From assembly GCA_015494465.1 (NCBI GenBank), contig WGBD01000004.1, forward strand, positions 132,627 through 196,626: a DNA stretch of 64,000 bases, read 5' to 3'. Of this stretch, positions 9,371 to 17,733 are shown in pieces. A program made the translations under genes and the position numbers. Each line of letters starts with the position of its first letter. Positions within the stretch are counted from its first letter, which is position 1. Below the pieces are notes generated by a model that was not told the origin of the DNA, made no database searches, and was given only the letters and a program-made list of their open reading frames with translations. This stretch comes from Candidatus Omnitrophota bacterium. GTDB lineage: Bacteria > Omnitrophota > Gorgyraeia > S143-82.

Positions 9371-10431
9371 ATGTTCTTCTGCTTCTCGTAGGCCTGAACG
9401 AAGTACTTCACCACCTTGGGATCGAACTGATAACCAGCGTTGTAGACAATCTCCTCCACCGCCACCTGGAAGGGCAGGGCCTTCCGGTAAGAGCGGGTGG
9501 AGGTCATGGCGTCAAAGGTATCAGCCACTGCTATTATTCTGCCAAACAAGGAGATCTCCTCTCCCCGTTTTCCGCTGGGGTAGCCTTTTCCGTCGTAACG
9601 CTCGTGATGGTCCAAGATCCCTGGCACTATCTTCTCGGAGTTGGATATCTTCCCGACTATCTGGGCCCCGATGACGGGATGCTGGCGGATCTCCAGGTAC
9701 TCCTCGTCGGTCAACCTACCGTTCTTGTCCAACACCACATCCTTTACCCCGATCTTGCCCACATCGTGCAAGAGGGCGGAGATTCGTAGATCCGAAAGGC
9801 TATCCTTATCGAGGCCCATTTCCCTACCTATAGCCACCGCATACCTCGTAACGCGCTCAGAATGGCCCCGCGTATAAGGATGCTTGGCGTCTATAGCCGA
9901 GGCGAGGGCAAGGATAGTGCTCAGGTAGAGGTCTTCCAACTGGGAGTAGAGCCGAAAGTTCACCAGCTCACCTAGGAAGGGAGCGGCTATTGCGGTGATA
10001 AACGGGCTCATCTCTCTCAATTCGTGCTCTTGCCGAGGGGATATGAGGACTATCGCGCCCTCCAATTCCTGCCTGGAAAAGAGAGGGATCCCCGCTACCG
10101 CCTTAAGCCCTCTATTCAATAGTGCCTCTTCTTGCACCCCATTAGTCAAAAGCTCCTTCCTGGAAAACACATCCAAGGCAGTGCCTTCCATAAGGGCCAG
10201 CAGTTGCAGGTTAAATAGCTCGTCCGTCTCCAGTCCTTCCGCGTGCACGAGGGAAGGGACTGCCTCTGGTCTCCGGACGAACACCCCAATCTTGGTCTCT
10301 ACACCGAGCATCTGCCGGAGCTGAGCCCCCAGTTCCTTCCCCGCGTCTTCGAGGTACTTGACGCCGGAGATGGAGCGAGCAGCGGAAACCACCGCGTTCG
10401 CCAGCTCTACCGCCTCCATATGCACCTCCAT
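9334..10431 (-). CDS. HD-GYP domain phosphodiesterase (c-di-GMP), with an N-terminal sensor-like region.
   Basis: HD..HDVGK and HHERYDGKGYP motifs. The ORF extends to 10512; the alternative start MEVHMEAV at 10431 avoids overlapping the upstream gene. Confidence 0.75.
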   Translation of the reverse strand: MEVHMEAVELANAVVSAARSISGVKYLEDAGKELGAQLRQMLGVETKIGVFVRRPEAVPSLVHAEGLETDELFNLQLLALMEGTALDVFSRKELLTNGVQEEALLNRGLKAVAGIPLFSRQELEGAIVLISPRQEHELREMSPFITAIAAPFLGELVNFRLYSQLEDLYLSTILALASAIDAKHPYTRGHSERVTRYAVAIGREMGLDKDSLSDLRISALLHDVGKIGVKDVVLDKNGRLTDEEYLEIRQHPVIGAQIVGKISNSEKIVPGILDHHERYDGKGYPSGKRGEEISLFGRIIAVADTFDAMTSTRSYRKALPFQVAVEEIVYNAGYQFDPKVVKYFVQAYEKQKNIWQRENIIHSVY

Positions 10432-10438
10432 CCCACCC

Positions 10439-10792
10439 TCAGTCTCCCACCTGGGAATCCTTCGGCAATACCGTGATGTCGAAAACCCCGTCTCCGTCGT
10501 TATCCGGCCCAATGAGAATGTCGACCGTCACTCCCTCTGCCTCAAAGTCGTTGATGACATAATCCTCACCGTTAGCTATGGTCTCGTACACCTGGGGATT
10601 GGACACGATCTCGTACCAGCCCCGGGTCTTGGCGGACTCGTAGACATACCTCAACCTCTCCGAATTCGACTCCATACGATTGAGATTACTATAAGACATG
10701 AGCATGTAGAGAAGGGCACTGACCACGATCCCGGCTATCAGGGCAACTGCCACCACGACCGAGAATATGACTAAACCGGATTCGCTTTTCAT
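10439..10792 (-). CDS. Small membrane-anchored protein in the pseudopilin operon (not a canonical prepilin).
   Basis: Start MKSESGLVIFSVVVAVALIAG: N-terminal transmembrane helix but no Glu at +5. Sits between the pseudopilin and the HD-GYP gene. Confidence 0.4.
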   Translation of the reverse strand: MKSESGLVIFSVVVAVALIAGIVVSALLYMLMSYSNLNRMESNSERLRYVYESAKTRGWYEIVSNPQVYETIANGEDYVINDFEAEGVTVDILIGPDNDGDGVFDITVLPKDSQVGD

Positions 10793-10793
10793 C

Positions 10794-11282
10794 TCACTCC
10801 AGCCCCTCAGGCAGAAGAAACTTGCATATCCTCTTAACCTCCTGACCGTACCTATCCACCAGGTGGAGGAACAATCCAACTACGGTACCCTTTTCTTCGT
10901 TACTACAAATAAACTGGGTGTCGCCCGCTACATCCTGGGCGAGCAGGGCACCGTCCAATATAGTAGGTTGACTCAAGCCCACCTCACCGTAGACCAACTC
11001 ATCCCCTTCGATCACCCAGCAGACCTTCTTCACATTCCCGTGATCGTTTATCTTCAATTGCAATTCGTCCGAGGTACAGGTCAACACATTGGTCGCCAGG
11101 ACCTCGTAGCGCTTCAGGGATGCAATCGTCACCCTGGCATCGTCCAGCATACGGTACTTGGAGATCACCTTAGAGAAGCGTTGGGCCTGGAACTCGTAGA
11201 GAGAGGAGACGGTGAGAAAGAGCAGGCCCGCCATGGCCAGCGAGAGCACGATCTCCATCAAGCTGAATCCGCGCCTACTCAT
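10794..11282 (-). CDS. Type IV pilin-like protein (pseudopilin) with a prepilin-type N-terminal cleavage/methylation motif.
   Basis: MSRRGFSLMEIVLSLAMAGLL matches the class III signal G-F-[ST]-L-[IM]-E. Confidence 0.7.
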   Translation of the reverse strand: MSRRGFSLMEIVLSLAMAGLLFLTVSSLYEFQAQRFSKVISKYRMLDDARVTIASLKRYEVLATNVLTCTSDELQLKINDHGNVKKVCWVIEGDELVYGEVGLSQPTILDGALLAQDVAGDTQFICSNEEKGTVVGLFLHLVDRYGQEVKRICKFLLPEGLE

Positions 11283-11637
11283 AGTTGACGGTCACCTTTA
11301 CCTGCTTTGCGCTCAAGACCCCATTGGGCCAATCGCTCACCGGCTCTATGTCCACGCAGATCTGTCCTTTCAGATAAGACCCACTCGAGACCCCAACATA
11401 GTCGTCTATGTTCTGACAGCCTTCCAGGGTCTCGTTTATAGAATCGAAGTCCATCGCCAATATCTCCTCTAGTTTGCTCCTGGCCACATAGACGGCCCGC
11501 AACTTCTTATCCTGGACACTGTTGCGCCCACCTAAGAAGTCAAAGACTGCAAAAACCACATACACGATCACGCCAATGATGACTATTGACAAGACGATCT
11601 CCATCAAAAATGTACCTTTGCTTTCCCGTATGTGCAT
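11275..11637 (-). CDS. Type IV pilin-like protein (pseudopilin).
   Basis: MHIRESKGTFLMEIVLSIVIIGV: Gly at -1, Glu at +5, hydrophobic helix. Confidence 0.6.
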   Translation of the reverse strand: MHIRESKGTFLMEIVLSIVIIGVIVYVVFAVFDFLGGRNSVQDKKLRAVYVARSKLEEILAMDFDSINETLEGCQNIDDYVGVSSGSYLKGQICVDIEPVSDWPNGVLSAKQVKVTVNYE

Positions 11638-11662
11638 ACCCGTCCCCCACTATTGCGAAGAG

Positions 11663-13102
11663 CTACAATGCCTCGACTGCCACCTGTACCTTGTGCCCGT
11701 GGCGGTGCCTCTTGGCCTTCCTCTTTTTAACCTTTTTCTTCTTATCTTTAAAGAAACTTTTCCCTCTCTTGGGGAAGTCGTCCGTAGGTTTTACCGATCT
11801 ATTGTACACCCAGACCTTGTCCCCTCGGGTAAAAGCACCGAAGACCTCTCCAGGTTTGCGCAAACGAACCAGGCCCTTATTGGTAATCAGCCAATCCGCC
11901 TTAGGGGTTCCCCAGTTAACCGTTAGATGAAATCCCAACACATCCGTCTCAAATAGCCTCCCTACGCTGTAGGTACCTGTTTGATCATCGTCATCCTCAT
12001 CGTCATCGTCATCGTCTTTCAAAACGAGATTAACATCCCAAGAAAATGGAGGGTCGGAGGCGTGCAAGAAAACATGTATATCCTCAGGGGAGGTATTGGC
12101 TCCCAGATGGGGGGAAGCCAAGTCTATTAAGGCATTGGCAAGCATAGTAAAAATAGGGCAATCCGAACAATTGAGGCACAAACCGAGGTCCTCTTTCGAG
12201 AGGGTATGGGGCGGTCCCAATTTACGGGCAAAGAGTGAAACCGCAACCGTCTGGCTCAAAGAGGTAGAAGTGGTAGAAAAGGCCTCGTGGAGCTTTGCGG
12301 CAGAATACGGCTTATGCATAGCCAAGTATGCCAAACGAATTCGACCTTCACTGGTATAGGGATCCGCCCAAGCAACAGGGATTGCAGACAGATTGCCAAC
12401 GGGTAAGGTCATCCCTCCTTCGATGAGAGCTCTTAGCTTCTTCCAATCCAAGAGATAAATAACCACATCGTCGGGATCCCACTGGACAGTGGCAGGTAAA
12501 AGATCTTGATCGGAGACCTCTGCGTCATCCAGCTCATTGTAACCGACCACTTGGGTCGGATACGATCCATAGGTAGCCCCCGGCCTGATCTCGAAGAAGG
12601 TTCCCCGCACGCCTACCACCAGATCCGGGGTCCAGACCAGAAACGGTCTATCCGCAGAGGCATGGCCTATGTCAAACACGAAGCTAGACGGCTCGTTGGG
12701 ATCGGTGGATTCGATGTACACCCCGGTAATGGCAAAGTTGCCGTCGTCGTCCAGAAAGACGATCTTCCCACCTTCCATTATCCTGACCAGGCTTATCTTC
12801 GAGGGATCCGTGCCCTTGTTCAACAGGATTACCACATACTCTTCCTTGCTGGGATCGTTATCGGGGATCTCGAATATGTCCCCTTTCTTGAAGCCCAATC
12901 CTGCCTTGTTTATGTGTTCGTAGGTATGGCCGTCCCGGGCGAGCCTGCCCTCACCGTCTATCTCCACGATCATGGCCAGGGGCTCGTCCACCGCTATGCC
13001 GGTGAGCTGAACGGTGTTCACTGCCGAGGCCTTAGCCGAAAATCCAAAGAGGATCGACAAACAAACGATAATATTAAAGGTGACAGTCTGCACTCCTCTC
13101 AT
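11663..13102 (-). CDS. Secreted hypothetical protein with a poly-Asp/Glu block and a Lys/Arg/His-rich C-terminal tail.
   Basis: Signal peptide (MRGVQTVTFNIIVCLSILFGFSAKASA), DDDDDDEDDDDQ, and C-terminal KDKKKKVKKRKAKRHRHGHK. Confidence 0.5.
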   Translation of the reverse strand: MRGVQTVTFNIIVCLSILFGFSAKASAVNTVQLTGIAVDEPLAMIVEIDGEGRLARDGHTYEHINKAGLGFKKGDIFEIPDNDPSKEEYVVILLNKGTDPSKISLVRIMEGGKIVFLDDDGNFAITGVYIESTDPNEPSSFVFDIGHASADRPFLVWTPDLVVGVRGTFFEIRPGATYGSYPTQVVGYNELDDAEVSDQDLLPATVQWDPDDVVIYLLDWKKLRALIEGGMTLPVGNLSAIPVAWADPYTSEGRIRLAYLAMHKPYSAAKLHEAFSTTSTSLSQTVAVSLFARKLGPPHTLSKEDLGLCLNCSDCPIFTMLANALIDLASPHLGANTSPEDIHVFLHASDPPFSWDVNLVLKDDDDDDEDDDDQTGTYSVGRLFETDVLGFHLTVNWGTPKADWLITNKGLVRLRKPGEVFGAFTRGDKVWVYNRSVKPTDDFPKRGKSFFKDKKKKVKKRKAKRHRHGHKVQVAVEAL

Positions 13103-13971
13103 CTCCCCACCTCCTTGCTACCTGGAAGTATAGCAGAAGGTGAGAGTTTTTCAATCCAGTCACTCCTGCTTCTGCCAAGGATACAGCGCAAGAGGGCCTT
13201 CAGATGGAGACTATCACCCTGGGAAAAGAACCGCAGCCTTAACTCCTCTATAGGGAGCTTGTCCCCCTTCGCAGAGCTCCAGTAGGCGGACTGGGCAACC
13301 CTCATCTTCAAGAGCCTCTCCAATCCCCACCTATCCACCCATCCACTCCTTATTGCCACCTCACCGTAGAATACCGGCCTTCCCCTAATCCTCTTGACGA
13401 ACACCCCGCCTTTGACCTCCCCCCAGAGCCTTACCTGCCCCAACAGCTCGTACTCCAAGCGGGCCAGATCAATACGGTCGAGGTCAACATATCCCAAACC
13501 CAGCTCATCCCACCACACGAACATCATCCGCGCACCTGTAAGGGAGATCCACCCCTTTATCTTGGAATCGGAAACCTCCCCCTCTACTTCTAGGCCCTCT
13601 GATCGGATCCTGAAGAGGAGCCTACCATCGCCCTTGTGGACCAATCGCCCAAGGAAGGACAATTCCTCCCCGCCAAAGGGAATCTTTCCAGAGAAGACCG
13701 CCCCCTGTTTGCCTTTGCGCAGACCTAATTCCCTAACCTGCATTGGGATAGGATTACAAAGCCTCCCCTCGGGAACCAGCCACTGCAGGGAATCGTCCTT
13801 CTCTATAACCTCCAACCGATCGAACTCGACACTCACGGGGCCGGACTGGAAGAACAAGCGATGAGGATAGGACTGGATCCGGACCTGGGCAAGGCTAAGC
13901 GTTGCGAGCGCGAAGAGACTGAACGAAGTCGAGAAAAGCCACCTCGGGATTGATACCCAAAGAAAACGCAA
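13099..13971 (-). CDS. Secreted hypothetical protein.
   Basis: Signal peptide MRFLWVSIPRWLFSTSFSLFALATLSLAQV. Its start overlaps the upstream gene stop (ATGA-type coupling). Confidence 0.45.
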   Translation of the reverse strand: MRFLWVSIPRWLFSTSFSLFALATLSLAQVRIQSYPHRLFFQSGPVSVEFDRLEVIEKDDSLQWLVPEGRLCNPIPMQVRELGLRKGKQGAVFSGKIPFGGEELSFLGRLVHKGDGRLLFRIRSEGLEVEGEVSDSKIKGWISLTGARMMFVWWDELGLGYVDLDRIDLARLEYELLGQVRLWGEVKGGVFVKRIRGRPVFYGEVAIRSGWVDRWGLERLLKMRVAQSAYWSSAKGDKLPIEELRLRFFSQGDSLHLKALLRCILGRSRSDWIEKLSPSAILPGSKEVGR

Positions 13972-14593
13972 TGTGCACTACCCCCCTTAGGACCTCCACC
14001 AATTCCCTGGTTCCTATTTTACCAGACAACAACTCCTTCAATCTAGCGGTTTCTGCACTTAGATCCACCTCAACCGCCTGACCGCGCTTACGCATCTCCT
14101 TGAGATAGGTGAAGTACTGAAAGAGGGAAGGGGCCCCTATCGGAACCGAGGCCCACACCCCCCGATCCTTCCCCTTCTCTTCCTTTTCCTTATCCTTTAT
14201 CCGGGTCCAATTTCTGATCACTTCCTGGCTATCGTCCAGGCTAAGGTCTCCAAATACATGGGGGTGTCTCCTTATCAGTTTCGAATTTACACCCTCTAGG
14301 GCCTCGGATATCGTGAACTGGTCCCTTTCCTTGAATATCCTGGCAAGGAAAACGGTCAGCAATATGACATCGCCTATCTCCTCCTTTACCTCCTCGACAT
14401 CCCCCTGGTTTATCCCCAATATCAGCTCGTGCACCTCTTCCAAGAGAAACTCCTTTACCTCCTTCTCGGTCTGTTCTCTATCCCAGGGACATCCCTTCTC
14501 CGAGCGCAAGACATCGACTATGCCCACCAGGCAGGCAAACCTCTCCCCCGCCTCTTTATCTTTGGTAACCGCAACCTCTTGGCAGATATCCAT
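13895..14593 (-). CDS. mazG: Nucleoside triphosphate pyrophosphohydrolase MazG.
   Basis: Motifs GCPWDREQT and EE..E..D, with two tandem MazG-like halves. Confidence 0.8.
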   Translation of the reverse strand: MDICQEVAVTKDKEAGERFACLVGIVDVLRSEKGCPWDREQTEKEVKEFLLEEVHELILGINQGDVEEVKEEIGDVILLTVFLARIFKERDQFTISEALEGVNSKLIRRHPHVFGDLSLDDSQEVIRNWTRIKDKEKEEKGKDRGVWASVPIGAPSLFQYFTYLKEMRKRGQAVEVDLSAETARLKELLSGKIGTRELVEVLRGVVHIAFSLGINPEVAFLDFVQSLRARNA

Positions 14594-14933
14594 CCCGTTT
14601 CACCTCCTCAATGGGTACGCACCGGAACCTCTTACCCGAGACGGTCGTGTGCCAACCCAACCTATTTGCGTAGACCTCGCAGTGATAGACATCCCCGTTT
14701 AGCTTAAGGTGAACGCACGGATCGTCCTCCGCCCCACAACACCTACCACAGCGGAGACACATCTCCTCGTGTCTTTGGCGGAGGTAGGAGGTCAGCTCTT
14801 TCCGGGTCAAATCTCCACTATCTCCCCACTGACTTCTTTGCCATCTACCGTCAACAGACCTATAGAGTTGTAAAGGGTGTATATCCGATCCGTAGCCGAC
14901 CCTGGATTGAAGAAGAATATCCCATCTATCCAC
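14556..14933 (-). CDS. YkgJ-family Cys-cluster (Fe-S/Zn-binding) protein.
   Basis: CLRCGRCCG = the CxxCGxCC signature of YkgJ/UPF0153. The true start may be internal (MCLRCG at about 14762). Confidence 0.5.
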   Translation of the reverse strand: MDRWDILLQSRVGYGSDIHPLQLYRSVDGRWQRSQWGDSGDLTRKELTSYLRQRHEEMCLRCGRCCGAEDDPCVHLKLNGDVYHCEVYANRLGWHTTVSGKRFRCVPIEEVKRDGYLPRGCGYQR

Positions 14934-15298
14934 TCCGCCATAGGACTGTGAGTATGCCCGAAGACGATAACATCCACCGGCTCCGGGAACTTCGTCTTTA
15001 TCCTCTTCACTATACCCGAGGGGGGACCCCAGCCGTGTATGAGACCTATCTTCACCCCTTCTACCTCTTTTACCACCTTCTCCGGCAGGTTGGAGGTGGG
15101 CCCAGAGAGGTCCATGTTGCCCTTTACCGCAATAACCGGGGCCAACCTCTCCAACTGCTTCAAGATCCGAACATCTATTACATCGCCAGCGTGCAGTATT
15201 AGGTCAACACCGGAAAACTTCTCGAAAACCTCACCCGGGAGCTCACCTTTACTGGTAGCCGGCATGTGGGTGTCCGATATCACACCTATCCTCACCAT
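14807..15298 (-). CDS. YfcE/MJ0936-family metallophosphoesterase.
   Basis: MVRIGVISDTHM ... HAGDV ... GNMD ... GHTH calcineurin-like motifs. The ORF extends to 15361; ATG at 15298 fits the family N-terminus. Confidence 0.75.
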   Translation of the reverse strand: MVRIGVISDTHMPATSKGELPGEVFEKFSGVDLILHAGDVIDVRILKQLERLAPVIAVKGNMDLSGPTSNLPEKVVKEVEGVKIGLIHGWGPPSGIVKRIKTKFPEPVDVIVFGHTHSPMAEWIDGIFFFNPGSATDRIYTLYNSIGLLTVDGKEVSGEIVEI

Positions 15299-16869
15299 AC
15301 CACCTCTCCTATGCGATGGAGCTTCAACAGGTGATTCAGAAGGTGATAGTCCCAGATCCAAATCCTCTCTTCCTTGGCCACGACCTTAACTGGCGGAGGT
15401 ACTTCTTCCAGCGATATCACGATCCTCCTGTGGATCGGGGGCACTGTCTTCGTCTTAACCAGATCCACGAACTCAAATGCGCTCTTCTCGTCCCAAACCC
15501 TCCTGAAGGAAAAGACCCAGCGATAGCCTTGCCGGGTAAAGGCGCAATATATAGGGAAAGCATCGTCTATAACCTCCACCCTATCAATAGCGTAAAAACG
15601 CACCCTTCCCCGACGAGGCAATTTTATAAACTCGTCCCGGAAGGACTTGAACAAGGACAGTATTTTCTGCACCTCGTCTACGGACTCCTCTTCCCGAAAT
15701 CTGGCAACCATCTCCCTGAGTATCCCCATGGCCCAGCGGTAATAATCCTCGGGGGCCACATTTGGGTTGTCCCTCCGTATCCTGTAGGCGTGCTGTAGCC
15801 AGAAGCGAAACAGCTTGTCCTCGAAAAATAGTTTATCGTGATCCACATGCAGGATCCCGCGCTCCTGGAGTATCTTTACCTTGTGATCCAGGGCAGAGCG
15901 GTGCCAACCAAAGCGTTCTGCCAGGTAATCCACCTCCTCCTCATCCGTGGAGGCCATTAGGAATGTAGGTATGTCCGGGGCCTTTGGACCATCGGTAAGG
16001 GTGGTTATCATCCGCATGAAGTACTGATGGATCAATCCGTACTGGGAGAACACCTGTTCGAAGATGGCCTCACAGACTGCATCCCAGCTGTCGTCCCCCA
16101 CTCCAAGCCTTTCTCTTATCCTGCGGGAAAGTATGTCGATGTAGATCGGAGTCCCCCCAGTAAAGCGGTAGATAAACTTCCTCTCCAAGCTAGAGAGGTT
16201 AGGCAGTCTCCGGGATAGGAATTCCCTGCCCAGATGCGGGGGAATCGCGCCCAAAAACACCTCTTCAAAGTTGCCAAACAACAAAGACAATTCGGTCTGC
16301 AGTATGCGTCTAGCGGTCAAGAGTGAGGAACTGGTGATCAGAAACATCACCCCGGTGTGCCTGACGATCTGCTGGGCCAACCGCCCGAAGGTACCATCAC
16401 CCCAGATCCTCCCCAGCTCCTCAAAGTTTTCTACGACGAACACGACCCGCCTACCCGATTCCGCCACGAAGGTCTCCAGTATCTCAAAGAGGGAATCGAA
16501 GTCCTTTCTTCCCTCCTTTAACAGGTCATTAACCCTATCCACGGTGCGGGGTAGCTCCTCACGAGAGAGGGCCATAAGCTCCTCCAACGGTCTGCCCAAC
16601 AGGCTCCCAGACCGGTGGTAGGAGGATAGAAGCGAGGTAGAAAAGGAGCGAACCAGGTAGCTAGGATCCAGCTTTCTGGCGTCTATCAAGACCGATACCA
16701 ACCCATCTGGCAGATCCGCCAAGAGCTGGGAAATCAAGAGGCTCTTACCGATAAAGGGACGACCCAACAAGGCGATGTTCTGCCTATAGCCCTTTCGGTG
16801 TCCATCTATCCTGCGGGCTATCAGTTCGTACTCTTTCTTGTAGACCAGACGCAGATCTGAGCCGTTCAT
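15292..16869 (-). CDS. P-loop ATPase of the Arch_ATPase/DUF234 type (AAA+ superfamily, function unknown).
   Basis: Walker A GRPFIGKS. 525 aa with a C-terminal DUF234-like region. Confidence 0.55.
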   Translation of the reverse strand: MNGSDLRLVYKKEYELIARRIDGHRKGYRQNIALLGRPFIGKSLLISQLLADLPDGLVSVLIDARKLDPSYLVRSFSTSLLSSYHRSGSLLGRPLEELMALSREELPRTVDRVNDLLKEGRKDFDSLFEILETFVAESGRRVVFVVENFEELGRIWGDGTFGRLAQQIVRHTGVMFLITSSSLLTARRILQTELSLLFGNFEEVFLGAIPPHLGREFLSRRLPNLSSLERKFIYRFTGGTPIYIDILSRRIRERLGVGDDSWDAVCEAIFEQVFSQYGLIHQYFMRMITTLTDGPKAPDIPTFLMASTDEEEVDYLAERFGWHRSALDHKVKILQERGILHVDHDKLFFEDKLFRFWLQHAYRIRRDNPNVAPEDYYRWAMGILREMVARFREEESVDEVQKILSLFKSFRDEFIKLPRRGRVRFYAIDRVEVIDDAFPIYCAFTRQGYRWVFSFRRVWDEKSAFEFVDLVKTKTVPPIHRRIVISLEEVPPPVKVVAKEERIWIWDYHLLNHLLKLHRIGEVVW

Positions 16870-17579
16870 TTCAGGTAAGCAAGGGGATTCACCGGCTTCG
16901 TGCCCCTGCGTATTTCGTAGTGCACCTTCGTCCCTGGTTCTATCTTGATCAGGGTCTTGCCCCTCTCCACCACCTCACCGACCGAGACCAAGACCTCTCC
17001 GTCCGACGCTATAACCGATACGAACCCGTCTCCGTGATCGATTATAAGGGTGTTACGATAGGGGCGCATGTCCTTGCCTAAGAAGACCACCTTGCCCGTC
17101 TTAGGCGCAACGACCACACTAGACCTGGCCAGGACCTCTATCCCCTTGTTCACCCAACCATCCTTGGACTGGCGATAAAAGGAGACGATATTGCCCTTCA
17201 CCGGCCAACGGAATTGCCTCTCCGTAACCCCGTTGTATCCATCTGCAAACTGGAACTTAGACCTGGGTAGACTTGCGGTATTGGGGAGGTATATCTTCTG
17301 TCCCACCTCTATGGCATTGGGATCCTTTATGTGGTTCAGCCTTATGACATCCTGCATGTCCACCCCGTAATTCTTGCAGATGCGCCACAAGGTTTCACCC
17401 TTGGAAACCACATGATACGGTACGGAAGCACCGCCTTGAGAAAGTGGGCTATTGGTGGCTGGTAAGGAGCTAGTCTTGGGAATCGTGGGATGGGACTTAA
17501 CGCATCCGGATAGAGAAAGGGCCAGGGCCGACAAGAGAGAAAAGAGAACGATCTGCCCAAAGGATCTATGCCAACCCAC
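16866..17579 (-). CDS. LysM domain plus M23 peptidase lipoprotein (NlpD-like).
   Basis: Lipobox LSGC, LysM (YHVVSKGETLWRICKNYGV...IYLP), and an M23 core (IDHGDGFVSV). GTG start with SD GGAGAG. Confidence 0.75.
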   Translation of the reverse strand: MGWHRSFGQIVLFSLLSALALSLSGCVKSHPTIPKTSSLPATNSPLSQGGASVPYHVVSKGETLWRICKNYGVDMQDVIRLNHIKDPNAIEVGQKIYLPNTASLPRSKFQFADGYNGVTERQFRWPVKGNIVSFYRQSKDGWVNKGIEVLARSSVVVAPKTGKVVFLGKDMRPYRNTLIIDHGDGFVSVIASDGEVLVSVGEVVERGKTLIKIEPGTKVHYEIRRGTKPVNPLAYLK

Positions 17580-17602
17580 CGGGATTCTCTCCTTCAGCTA
17601 AA

Positions 17603-17675
17603 GAGCGGGCGACGGGACTCGAACCCGCGACGTCGAGCTTGGGAAGCTCGCATTCTACCAACTGAATTACGCCCG
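17603..17675 (-). tRNA. tRNA-Gly (anticodon CCC).
   Basis: Reverse complement folds as GCGGGCG-TA-ATTC-AGTTGGTA-GAAT-G-CGAGC-TTCCCAA-GCTCG-ACGTC-GCGGG-TTCGAGT-CCCGT-CGCCCGC-T. Anticodon loop is TTCCCAA and the discriminator is U. CCA is not encoded. Confidence 0.85.
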
Positions 17676-17733
17676 CACATCAATTCTGAACGCACTAAAA
17701 TTATACATCAAAGCGGTCAAGATTTGTAGTCCA

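Noticed and set aside
12506-13285. 259-aa plus-strand ORF.
   Set aside because: It is antisense to two well-supported minus-strand signal-peptide genes and has no start context or motif.
13895-14593. MazG as part of an anti-phage nucleotide-depletion defence system.
   Set aside because: The protein is a full-length two-domain housekeeping-type MazG with the canonical GCPWDREQT motif. The neighbours are metabolic, not defence-associated.
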